Source: Fimicolochytrium jonesii
Lineage: Eukaryota
Assembly: GCF_025526975.1 (NCBI RefSeq)
Contig: NW_026515669.1
Coordinates: forward strand, 930,001-994,000
Length of the DNA stretch: 64,000 bases
Direction: 5' to 3'
Below the pieces are notes generated by a model. The model searched no databases and was not told where the DNA came from. It saw only the letters and a program-made list of their open reading frames with translations. Positions 37,500 to 48,659 of this stretch are shown here, one piece after another. Position 1 is the stretch's first letter. Each line of letters starts with the position of its first letter. The translations under genes were made by a program, and so were the position numbers.

Positions 37500-38836
37500 A
37501 TGTACCAGGAGCAATTGGTGAACAATGCCGAGAGTACGGTATGAGAGGCGTTGGTCGTCGTGAGGGGTAGAACCTCATTAAGCATGGGTGTTACGGAACA
37601 GGCAGTATATTTCATACTTAGTCGATCAACTATGTGGGCCCATACTCCGTGGATGCCAGATCTCGTTAAGCTCGCAGTGTAATAAATCATTTGATCGAAT
37701 TGTGCATGATCCGGACAAGCCGGCGGCAAAGAAGCGGCTCAACATTGCGAAGAGAGGTCGAGTTTGAGCTTTGGCGAAACCAGATTGATGGACTTATGGT
37801 AGCATTTGAAGCGTGCGGTGAATCGATTGTGAAAAGACATCTGGCTTTTACCGCTGATGTACTGATATGCGAACTGGCGCACTCCTGCATACTGTATCAT
37901 ATAGTATGCATGGTGTCCTCGGCAAAATGCAAATCATAAACCCAAGCCGGAATCGCTGGCTTCAAGCATATGCTCTTCTCAGACTGGGTAAGACATGTCT
38001 GCCCAGACTTCATAGCCCATACTAAAAGTCTCAATTACTATCGGCCAAAAAAAGAGCGGAGGGCACCGCCTGAGTGAGTATATGATGTAAGGGCTCACAG
38101 CATGTAAAGCATACCGGCCACGCGCCCGGCAAAGCAAGCCCGAAAATACGGTAATGCGAACGCTGTATAAGGGGGTCATCAGTGTGGACAAGTTTGGTAT
38201 TAGGGTTAAGGAGATTCCAAATTCCAGGACGTGCTACCTTCGAGGCTCGACTGCCTTGTCCCGAAAACCCGTGTCCAGGTAAATGATGAGGTATATGTAG
38301 GAGCGTTTTAAACCATTTGCAATAACGACAGATATCATGGAAAAGGGCCTCCTGAAAGCACGAGCCAACGTGGCCTCTTTGAATATGGGGCATGACGTCA
38401 ACGCTGCAAAGCCATGAAGGGGCTTGGGACTCGCCGGCTCGCAATCCAAGCCTTGCAAACTTGATCTTTGCAGTGGAGGATGCATGGGGGTTTGGTTAGC
38501 CCCCGTAATAAGCATGCCCTGGCCCCCCATATGCAGCGCCGCATGCGGACAAGCTGGGAGCCAAAGTTGACGTATGAACAACATCATCCGACGGCCGCAA
38601 GGGAACGCCAATTATCCCTCCCGACTCGGTCGTTTTCAGTTTTCTCGTGATTCCCGCCCGTCAGTGTCGTCGTCCTACAGGACAGGGTGAAAGTTGACGT
38701 GTCCCCAATAACGATGACGGAGCCACACATCCTGGGGCGCACACAATGACGCTGTCCGTTGACCGATGATGACAACACCCGCACCACAGAGCCTTCGAGA
38801 CTGGCCTTCCTCGGCACACAGGCCTCTTGCGCTGCG

Positions 38837-38844
38837 TATAAAAG
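38837..38844 (+). promoter_or_regulatory. TATA box of the small HSP gene
   Basis: Consensus TATAAAAG about 120 bp upstream of ATG 38960, followed by a CA-rich leader. Confidence 0.6.
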
Positions 38845-38959
38845 CAGGCCAGGGTTCTCGGAAAACCCGCTACTACAACACACATACACCAAAACCAATA
38901 CCCGACGCTCTTTCCGCAACTCTTTCACGTTCACCTCACCCAAACCAACACATCTCAAA

Positions 38960-40231
38960 ATGCCTTCCACTCGCTCTGTCATCTACGCTCTTGCCGCCAC
39001 TGGCTGCGTTGCCACCCAAGCCAACGCTTTCTGGCTCATCCCCGGCACTAGCAAGTCTCACGAAGATGTCGCCCCTGTTGCGCCATCAGCAACGGAACGC
39101 TTTCGCCTTGCACTGCAAGACAAGTACAACCACATCGCATACAGCGCTTCCAAGGGCGCCGACGCAGTCACAAACTCCCACCCCGTCGCGACCGCCAAGG
39201 CCACCGCTGATGACGTGCAGAACTCTGGTGTCGTGAACGAGCTCCTCCGTGCTTTCGATGAGATCGCCTCCGATGTCGGTTACACCACCACCCTCGCCAA
39301 GGAGACCCTTTCCCGCGGCATCTACCTGAAGCAGGACGAGGACCAGTACGTGTTGGCCATGGACGTCCCCGGCCTTCACACCCGTGAGGTTGAGGTCATT
39401 TCCAACAAGGGTACCCTTCGCATCAAGGGTGAGCGCAAGTGCCCCAACGTCCCCGGAACCACCAAGCCCAGCCCTCTCTGCATTCCCCGCTTCTACGACG
39501 CCTCTTTCAGCTTCCCCTCCGACGCCGATGAGGAGAACGCCGACGCCAAGCTCGACGCCGGTGTCGTTTCCGTCTTTGTCCCCAAGCTCAAGGGCGAGTC
39601 CCGTGGTTTCGGCCGTGTGTTGAAGTTGAGCGGCGAGGCCGCCGAATGGGTTTACGAGGGCACTGGTGCCAAAACCGTTGTTGACAGGACCTCTGAAGCA
39701 GCCAACAACGCAGCCGATAGCGCTCGCTATGCAGCAAACGCCGCTGCGGCATCAGCAGCTTCGGCCTACTCCACAGCTACAGACGCAGCTGGTCGGGTGG
39801 TCGACACCGTCGTCGGTTCCGTCAAGAACGCTGGCAACGCTGCCCAGATTGCAGCTGAAGAGGCGACCGCATCCGTCGCCTCCGCTGCCTCCAAGGCAAC
39901 GAACGTCGCCGCTGCCAACGCCAAGGCCGCATCCGCATCCGTCGCATCGGCTGCCTCCAAGGCAACTAACGTCGCCGCTGCCAACGCCAAGGCCGCATCC
40001 GCATCCGCCGCATCGGCTGCCTCCAAGGCAACTAACGTCGCCGCTGCCAACGCCAAGGCCGCATCCGCGTCGGTAAAGTCCGCCGGCGCCAAGGCAACCA
40101 ACGTTGCTGCCGAAGCTGAGGGCAAGGGTTTCGTCGACCGTATCCACGAGCAATACGTGCAGCCCATCAAGGACCGTATGTACTCTCCCGGAAGCGCCGA
40201 GGGCAAGATCGAAGTCAAGGAGGAGTTGTAA
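38960..40231 (+). CDS. Small heat-shock protein (HSP20/alpha-crystallin domain) with signal peptide, Ala-rich repeats and C-terminal KEEL; intronless, 423 aa
   Basis: MPSTRSVIYALAATGCVATQANA signal-like start; ACD YVLAMDVPGL...LRIKGERK...FSFPSDADEENADAKLDAGVVSVFVPK; ends KIEVKEEL*; strong C-ending codon bias. Confidence 0.85.
   Translation: MPSTRSVIYALAATGCVATQANAFWLIPGTSKSHEDVAPVAPSATERFRLALQDKYNHIAYSASKGADAVTNSHPVATAKATADDVQNSGVVNELLRAFDEIASDVGYTTTLAKETLSRGIYLKQDEDQYVLAMDVPGLHTREVEVISNKGTLRIKGERKCPNVPGTTKPSPLCIPRFYDASFSFPSDADEENADAKLDAGVVSVFVPKLKGESRGFGRVLKLSGEAAEWVYEGTGAKTVVDRTSEAANNAADSARYAANAAAASAASAYSTATDAAGRVVDTVVGSVKNAGNAAQIAAEEATASVASAASKATNVAAANAKAASASVASAASKATNVAAANAKAASASAASAASKATNVAAANAKAASASVKSAGAKATNVAAEAEGKGFVDRIHEQYVQPIKDRMYSPGSAEGKIEVKEEL
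39869..40111 (+). repeat. 66-bp coding tandem repeat, about 3.7 copies (ASVASAASKATNVAAANAKAAS)
   Basis: Near-identical units gcatccgtcgc...gccaacgccaaggccgcatcc are directly visible. Confidence 0.95.
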
Positions 40232-40965
40232 ACGGTTACCTCGTCGGCATTCTCCCATCTTCGCGCACATCATCATGCTTAGTTAGCTCCCCCGCCTATC
40301 CAATACCCTACCCATTTCACACACGAAATGATTCCCCCCCCTACCTGTATATTTTCGTTTTTGCTTCTGTTTTTATATCGCACTCATGATATCTTGGATA
40401 TCGTTGACACATTAATACATTTTTGATGAGTTTCAAACAATCGCATCGTCGTTCGGGCCCTATTCTCTTATGTGCGTGCATGGTTTCAGGTGAGGGGCAT
40501 GATTGTGGTGACGAGCGATCGGCTCGTGGACCTTTTGAGAGAAGCAGGAAGTGTCCGTAACTCGGGATGCCCTCATCAATTCGCTCCCAGTTGCCAGTCC
40601 GGTTGTAAGTGCTTCTGTAAGACGCAGAAGGGACCAGGAATGCGACGCGTTTCGAGTATAAAATGGATATGGATACGCGTTCTATAGGGATAGCCACCGA
40701 TGAAGCCCCGAGACTCCGATTTCTCATGAATTAGCATGTCCTCTTTTGGACTGTATTGGAATCTGGATGCGACCGTGCGGGATGTGAACAAGTTTCACTC
40801 CAGTCACAGACATGCTTATCAACTATTATGATTTGGGATAAACGAGTGGGAGAACAGATGTCCGTTGCGAATCGTTATTGTTGAAAAGTAAGACGAGAAA
40901 AGCCCATCTACATCTACACATGGATACGCCATATCGGTGAGACTCAACACTGCGTCCTCTATCGC

Positions 40966-41775
40966 TCACGCACGAAACAAGCATGCTGGTACGTCCTTAA
41001 CATCAATAGTGTCATACAAAGGCCACTTCAAGTTAACCTTCTCCCAATCCAGCTCCTTCCACTCCTTCTTGATCTTCTTCAACACCTCCCGCCCCAACAC
41101 ACTATTTCCCGCCGCGCTCAGATGAATCCCATCACTCAGCATCTCGCTAGCCACGTCCACATCATACACCACCTCCTCGCTGCCCTTGTTTGTCGATTTG
41201 CCGCCGAAACATGTGCTGGCCCACGTATCCAGCACCGGTACCTGCGTCTCGCGCGCGACCTCGATGCATGCGTCCCGGTATCGCCGTGTCTCTTTGACCG
41301 TGTGGTTGCTGATCGCTGCGGGGCCCCATCTTTCGACGAGATACTGGGCCCACTTGGCCTCATGGACTACGGGAGGGGATATGAGCAGGATGCGGGTGGT
41401 TGAGGAGAAGGCGCGGATTGTTTGAATGATTTGTTTGAGGTTCGAACGGTAGTCTTCTACGGTAACGTGCTGGTTGTTGGAACCCTTGAGTGCGGAATCG
41501 TTTGCGCCTAGCAAAATGATGACCAGCGCCAGTTTTGAGGGATTCAACGGCGCCAAAACCGACGGGAGGATGTGCTTGGCCCATTCGGTGTTATAGCCAC
41601 TGTAGCCGCGGTTAAGGATATCATGCTTCCGAGCATAGGCGTTGGCCACGATTGAGCCCCAGCCGGAATTGAGCGGGTCGAGCGAGAACTGGGTCAGCGA
41701 GTCACCGAAAAGTACAATCTTGTCCGGGTCGCCCTCGGCGGAGATGGACGGAGTTGGGACGTTGTTCGTCGACAT
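40966..41775 (-). CDS. IAH1: SGNH/GDSL esterase, isoamyl-acetate-hydrolysing esterase Iah1-like; intronless
   Basis: VLFGDSLTQ, NRGYSGYNT, LGANDS and SDGIHLS (SGNH blocks I, II, III, V). Confidence 0.88.
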   Translation of the reverse strand: MSTNNVPTPSISAEGDPDKIVLFGDSLTQFSLDPLNSGWGSIVANAYARKHDILNRGYSGYNTEWAKHILPSVLAPLNPSKLALVIILLGANDSALKGSNNQHVTVEDYRSNLKQIIQTIRAFSSTTRILLISPPVVHEAKWAQYLVERWGPAAISNHTVKETRRYRDACIEVARETQVPVLDTWASTCFGGKSTNKGSEEVVYDVDVASEMLSDGIHLSAAGNSVLGREVLKKIKKEWKELDWEKVNLKWPLYDTIDVKDVPACLFRA

Positions 41776-42471
41776 TGCTGGGAGTGACAGTTGAGTGGCC
41801 TCTAAAGTCTAGTTGATCTGGTAGGGCTAGAAGCGATGCTGTGAGAGTTTTTATGCGATGCGGAAGTCCACAGAGTTGTAGTCGGATGTGCCGCAGTGAA
41901 CGAAGGAGAAAGAAGCGCAAAGACGCAATTCACATGGATGTCATGTTCGAGGGACAAGGCCTGGGACAAGGCGGGCGTCAAGACGCGGATTGCACGCGCG
42001 ACAGACGCCAGACGCAAATAGGAGACGGTCAGGCCCATGCAGACGGTTGTCCAATAATGAGCTTCCACCAGATGGACAGGACGCAAGATGGACCGGAACA
42101 CTCTCGTTGAATACGAGGATATAGTCTTCAGACGTACAGTACGATACGGCATACACATGCTTTTTCTACTACGTACATATATCACACGTACATTTGCATA
42201 TACACACAAACAATCTACAAGCCTGCTAACACCCCGGGCAAAAGATACATACATAAAAGCGGCCAATACGTCGGCCAGTGAGATAAAAGATGCAATACAC
42301 CTTGAGAAGAGCATAGCTCACGCCGGTGTTCCGATGCCGCATGGTAGTATTTCCATGATGACATGCAGATTCGTCCATAAGGCCAAGATTACAACGTCGT
42401 TGAGAGATCAGAGGGAAGCTCGCGCCAGCGCGACTCCTCTCCGTGCCTCCATATATACAGAAACTTCTTCG

Positions 42472-45133
42472 TCATCCTTTCCTCTCCAGCGTTCCAAAGA
42501 GCGCCCCTAGCGTCAATCTCTTATCCTCAAGCAAAGCAGCACTCTGAACTCCCTGCGTGTCAGGGCCTTTCGGCACTCCAAAGCGCGATGTGGGTGAGAT
42601 CTGAGCCGCGGCGGCGGGCATCGGCACGGGCGGGTGCACAAACGGCAGTGTATCCTTCTCGACCGGCGGTGGGATGGTCGTGCGTGGCGGTGGTTCTTGC
42701 GGTGGAGTTCTTAGGGAGGCGGTGTGATGGGAGATGGAGCGAGGTGGAGCCGTCGGTGGTGGAGTTGGGGTATGTGCTGGGTCTGCCGGGTTTGCAGATG
42801 GCGATTGGGATTGGTCGTGGGAGCCATCTGCAGAATCTGGTTCCGGACACGCTGTGTAGACAGAGGCCATGCTGAGTCGGTTTGGATCATGGTGGTATTG
42901 CGCATCCGTGTTTGCGTCCTCGCTCGTCCTCATGACCGGGTACGGATACGAGTAGCGTACAAGCCCATGTTGAGCATCCACGCCGTAGTTCTGGTTCCGT
43001 TGAAACGTGTGGATGGTGGAGCCGTCGCTCGACATGGCGCCTTCCTCCGTGGACATACTGCGATACTTATACAGCATGAGCAGCTCATCTTCCGAGCATG
43101 TCGATAATCTCAACAGACCACCTGGATGATTCACAACGCTCTCGGCCACACTGCGGGCTTCCTTTCCGTTGGGACTGACGTGCATCGGCCAGATATCCGA
43201 GAGCCGTATCACGTTATGCAGCGTCGTGGGCTTCTTGTGGTCCCTAGATTGGTCCGCTCGTTTTTTCTCACTTTTGCTGTCAGAGTCCTGTCCTCTTTTC
43301 CACAAGCACCAACATACGCCGATAATTGCGAAGCACAGCAGGCCTGCTAGGGATGCAGAGACCGCGAGAAACGCCGTTCTATGCTTCCTAAAGATGCTGG
43401 ATAGCGACAGGGACTGGGTGGTCGCGAAGCCCAATGAAATAGACGATGCGTCGGGGACCCATGTTGCTTGCACCGTATCGTAGATGTAGATCGTAGGGTC
43501 CGTGAGTAACAACGACTGTAAATTTGTGAAGTTCGCTCTGGCGCTTCCGAAGGCTGTTGCGCCGCCGGTGATGACCATATACGAGCCAATGACAGTGGCA
43601 GAATGGTAAGAGCGAGCTGAGGGCGCAATCGTTTGAGAGGAGATGATCGCATAAGGTGATGGGCTTGGTGTAGCACTGGATGCGACCGTTTGTGAGGGGA
43701 CGGAAGCCTGCGGAGATGGGCTTGGTGGAGCACTGGATGCGAGGGTTTGCGAAGGCGTGGTGGCATCAATAGATGGGCTCGGTATACCACTGGGTTCAAC
43801 CGTTTGTGATGGCGTGCTGGCACGAGGAGATGGGCTTGCTGTAGCACTGGCCGTAGCGGAGAGAATAGTCGACGAATTGGTCACCGATGTGTTCACAGCG
43901 GCGGCCAGACGCTCTACGGGCATACCAATCGCCGGCCCGGTCGTCGTCGCATCGGATGGCTTGACCGGGCTCACAGCCCAAACTCTTGCCCACTTCCACG
44001 TCCGGGAATCAAGCACCCACAGATCACCCAACAAGTTCCCTTCCGCATTCTCCCCACCAAACACGTACACTTTTCCACCTACACCGACGCACGACATGCC
44101 GCTCCTCGCACCGGGAGCGGCGGCACGAAACCACCCGGTGGCTTCTGTCCATATATCCTTTTTGACATCATAGACCCATGAATCTGGCAGCGGTTGCCCA
44201 CTCATGTCTCTCCCACCCAGTAACAGCAGTAGGTTATCGGAGATTGACGCGAGACAAGAAGATTCCCTCGCCGCAGGTCGCCGCGCGAACAAGCCCGTGA
44301 AGCTCAACTGCGTGGCGGCGAACGGCTCGGATGCTGATGCTGAGAGGTCTATTGACCAGAAATCGGATTGAAAGCCTGTCGCGCCCACGCCGCCAAAGAC
44401 GTAGATGTGTTCGTTGAGGTAGGTCGATGCATGGGCGTGACGAAGTGGTATCGTGGTCAGACGTTGAGGCTGCCATTGCATCTGCGACGGGTCGAATAGC
44501 CCGAGCCCCGGAATGAAGGCACTTGTACTGGATCCATCTGCCACCGTCAGTCCGCCTGTGCATCAAGTGAGATGAACGCGTTGTAAGCAAAGCAATACCA
44601 AAGGAGACATACCAAAGCAGCAGTGGAGACATACCGAAGCAAATCACTCTCCCGCCGCGCCGGTCAAACTCACACGTTTGACCCGTCGCGTTCATTCGGT
44701 TGGGATCAGGTATTGGCGTTGCGACCTCCGCCATGTGAAGCGACGCGTAGTCCATAGTTGTGACGCCGGTAGTTATCGCTTCTGCGGCTTTCCTGCGATC
44801 CTCACCTGTCGAGGAAAGGTAGATTAAGCAGTGATTCTCGAATCTCGATATTCTACTGCACACACGGATCAGCTGCTTACCATCCTTCCGATCGCCACCG
44901 GCATCCGCAGACCCGGCATCGCCCCCAATAATCAGCACTTTATCATCCACCGCCACAAGCGAGCCCTTCATGCGCGCATAACTCGTCTGTGGCAAGTTCG
45001 GCCCGGTCCCGGCTGGTAATGGTGGAGCAAAGGGAAGAGACGGGTCGGTGGGTGATGGCGCGGCGTCCAGTTCCGGGAGACCGAGAAGGAGTGTTGCGAC
45101 TATGATCGTTAGGGAATGGTTGGGGCGGCGCAT
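42472..45133 (-). CDS. Type I membrane protein: signal peptide, kelch repeats, S/T/P stalk, one TM, Pro-rich cytoplasmic tail; multi-exon 5' end
   Basis: Hydrophobic N-terminus; kelch motifs IYVFGG, LLLLGG, VYVFGG, MVITGG with downstream W/Y; TM AFLAVSASLAGLLCFAIIGVCWCLW followed by KR. Confidence 0.75.
43618..43850 (-). repeat. 57-bp degenerate coding tandem repeat x4 (SPSPxAxxPSQTxxxSxxP)
   Basis: gatgggct recurs at 43658, 43715, 43772 and 43829. Confidence 0.85.
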
Positions 45134-45399
45134 TGCGGTTGATGTGCTTATGTGGGAACGAGATGGGTTGAGATATGTGCTTTGAAGAATAACGACGCGC
45201 TTGGGGTTGCCGCTCGAACAAAAAATGGCATTGGCCTCCTCACGGAAGCTAGTCGTAGGCGGGAAGATGCTTGACCCTTAGTTGCTGGATCTGAAGGCTA
45301 GCCTGAATCCGATGGAGAGATGGTATTGTTTGTTCACGATGTTTGGCGCGTACGGTTCGACCAACAGCAGTTCTACTTTCTTTGCTCATGCACTGAAAC

Positions 45400-45687
45400 T
45401 TTTCGCGCGCGAAAAAACCAGTCCAAACGACAGATGCTGGGTCAAAGAAATATGCACAAGCAAGAGAAGTCGGTGAGAACCTCAGTTCCAAGAAGTGCAG
45501 CGCATGAGCGGGAAAGGTCTTTTCTCGAACTATAGTTCGGACATATGTCTTTTCGCTTTGACTGACAGCGCGTGCTCGAGAGAGGAATGGCTTATCGACG
45601 GGGTTCCCTAGTTGTGGAAGACCTTCTTTCGTTCCAAAAGCACGCGTCAGGAAAAAGAAGGTTGGAAGCCCTTATGTCAGCACGCGT
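45400..45687. promoter_or_regulatory. Cluster of G1/S-type motifs: palindrome TTTTCGCGCGCGAAAA (SCB/E2F-like) and two ACGCGT (MCB)
   Basis: Perfect 16-bp palindrome at 45400-45415; ACGCGT at 45642 and 45682; all upstream of the kelch gene. Confidence 0.4.
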
Positions 45688-46112
45688 TTTGACGCCCTTT
45701 TCCCTCTGTTGTGCATCCCCCTTTCCAATTCAAGATGGGTGAAGCACCAGAGAGAGTCGCTTGCATGCACATCACAGAACTTTGACAGCCAAAGTGCTCT
45801 GAAATGGCATATCCTTGATCTGGATTTGAAGGTGTGCATATAAGACCCAAAGTAGTCCGAATCAGCAACATGGCACGAGTACGGAAGACACTCGTGTAAA
45901 GGCGTCGATATGTATATTTGTAGAGGTGTGAGGTGACGCCAATGTGAAGGCACGACGTCGGCCTATCAGCTGAGTCTCGAACGGCGAACTGCGGACTACA
46001 TGCATCGACCATCGATGCTTCAAAATGGGATCAAACCCTTCGAGCAGATGACATGATCTATTCGCCAAGCCAACCGAAATGCTATCTACAAGAAAATAAC
46101 GCCTACAAACTC

Positions 46113-47904
46113 TCAATGCTTCTCAGACCACAGCTGCTTCTGTCGCATGTGTGCCTTCAACCGGATACTTTGAATCTTGATGAACCCCTCGGAATCGGCA
46201 TGGTTGAACCCGCCAGATTCGTCCATGGAAGCAATCTTGGAGTCGTATAACGAGTTTGGTGACGTTCGGCCTTCGATGATTACGTTGCCTTTGTAAAGTT
46301 TCACTGGAAATGGAAAGATTCTAATCAGTTTACTCCATGCTTGGTGCCGCAAATGCTCCAATGGCTTCAGGATCCCTTACGGTTTACGACGCCATTGACC
46401 GCCTTCTGAGACTGATCGATTGACGCTGTCAGGAACTCGCGCTCAGACGAGAACCAGAGACCATTGTAGAGAACTTCCGCCAATCGCGTGCCCGCTTGGT
46501 CTTTCAGGCGACGCAATTCACGGTCCAGGGTCAAGCCTTCCAGGTCAACGTGTGCTGCACGCAGGATGGTTCCTCCAGGAGTCTCGTAGCATCTGCACGT
46601 AGAAAAGATATCAGTCTTACGCTGTATCGTACTTCATGGGAATATTTCGATGCTTACCCTCGCGACTTGATACCAATGAATCGATTCTCCACAATGTCAA
46701 CGCGTCCAATTCCGTGCTTTCGTCCGAGAGCGTTCAGGTACAAGAACAGCTCCAGAGAATCCGTTTGTGCTGTGTCCCGTTCATGGTCAGTATATTGGCC
46801 AGTTGGAGTACGGTCCGATGTTACAACTGCCTCACATGTCTGCCCATCTGTTATGTTCTCCACTTTGACCGGTTCACCGTTTACGAAATGGATTGCCTGC
46901 AACCCCACATAGCTTCAATATCTGCATGCGTATATCAGTTTCAGAGCCAAACGACACTTACGATTCGCTCCGGTGCATCGGGTGCGTCTTCTGGGTCCAC
47001 AGTCAGTTTCCACATGTCCTTTGGCGGTGTAACGGAAGGGTCTTCTAGGATGCCGGCCTCGAACGAAATGTGGTACAGGTTTTCATCCGTAGACCATGGC
47101 TTCGCGGCGGTTTGGAAAACGGGGATTCCCTTCTCTTGCGCATAGTCTAGCAGCGCGGGCCTTCCCGGGAAACGTTCGAAGAATTCTGTAAGGAGAACAG
47201 ATTGCGTGAGCTTTTATATAGGTCAGCCGGTTGATGCAACACCGCGCAAACCTGGGTTTCGCCAAGGAGCAATGACCTTGATGTCGGGATGAAGCGCATA
47301 GTAGCCCAGTTCGAATCGCACTTGGTCGTTTCCTTTGCCGGTGCATCCGTGCGATACATACTCACAGCCCTCACGGACCGCAATCTCAATCTGCTTTTTG
47401 CAAATCACGGGTCGGGCCAGTGCTGTGCCGAGCAGATAAACTCCCTGGAATGTGATGTTAGCTAAAGCACAGAATGACACGCAAATGAATGACTATCTCT
47501 TACCTCGTACAGACTGTTCGCCTTCACGTGCGCCCAGATGAGGTTGTCAACAAACTCTTTGCGCACGTCCTAAAGATACGGCGTTAGCCTCCTTCACGCC
47601 CAAAACAACCTATGGTCTCCTCTTTGAAAGTGTACCTCAATGAAAACCTGGGAAGCTCCAATCTTCAAGGCTTTCTCTTTAGCAGCCTCAAAGTCCTCCT
47701 CCTGTCCCACATTGGCCATAAACGCAAGGACCTCGTATCCCTGGAAGAACGCACAGGGTAAGGCCAGTTGTTAGTGTCAGTCAAATTGACGGCTTCCAGC
47801 AGAATGCCTTTCCATACCTGCTCGATAAGCCATGCGAGAATGCAGGAGGTGTCGAGACCTCCGGAGTATGCAAGAAGCACTTTGCCTTTGCCTGTTTTTG
47901 CCAT
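46113..47904 (-). CDS. ARG1: Argininosuccinate synthase, multi-exon
   Basis: [55 protein letters not shown]. Confidence 0.96.
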
Positions 47905-48659
47905 TCTGAATATGTGATCTAGGCGGTGGGGTTTTCGCTAATGTTGGGAAAATGCCTTTGACGACAGTGGTTTTTTTTTGACGGGTTTGCGGGAATGCTG
48001 AGAACGGAACGCTGTGGAAGATGTATGGCCTGGGGAAATTCAAGTCCTGCCAAGTCTTATGGGTGCTTTTCTTCGGGCCTGCCCTGGACGGATAGCTTCA
48101 TGGAAGACCCTTGTTTTGGCAAGCGTCTTATATTACTGCTTCGGGGGTCATATCATTTTGCGCTGGATCGAGTCTGGACCAGTTGAAATTGAAACGGCGC
48201 ATGCAAGATGGGCTTATCTCTGGCGGGGACTGTGGGAACGCGTTGAGTCACTGCCCTGACTCAGAGCCAAAAAATGCAAGTATCCGCGGCGCCGAACCAT
48301 CTCCACGGGCTGATCATCAACCGGCCAACAGTGCACCGACAAGAAGAACCGTAATGAACATTACCGAGACACTTGATTATGAGCAAATGAATTCTATGCT
48401 GTTCCTCCTTCATCTGCTCCCCGCAAGGAGCCAACTGGGCAAACTATCAACTTCCAGAATGAAAAGCAGTGGCCTGTCTGGCCATATATGCACACTGTAC
48501 GAGCTAGACCGCCGAAGATAATGCATAGGCTCGCCCAAACCCCGTAAAGAGGAGGTTACTGAGAGGAATCCATCCCCACAAATAATCCCTGAAATTCGTG
48601 CAGTGCGGATTGGAAAGATTCAGAAAATGCCATTGGTGTCTATGATACAGTTGCGATCG

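Noticed and set aside
38759..38959. N-terminal extension of the sHSP ORF from a TTG start
   Set aside because: The region contains the TATA box and leader; ATG 38960 has good context and begins a signal peptide.
39869..40111. Repeat array resembling CRISPR
   Set aside because: Head-to-tail coding repeats without unique spacers, in a eukaryotic gene; no cas genes.
46770..46845. Apparent 22-aa insertion in argininosuccinate synthase
   Set aside because: Explained by a stop-free 66-nt GT-AG intron with a CTGAC branch point.
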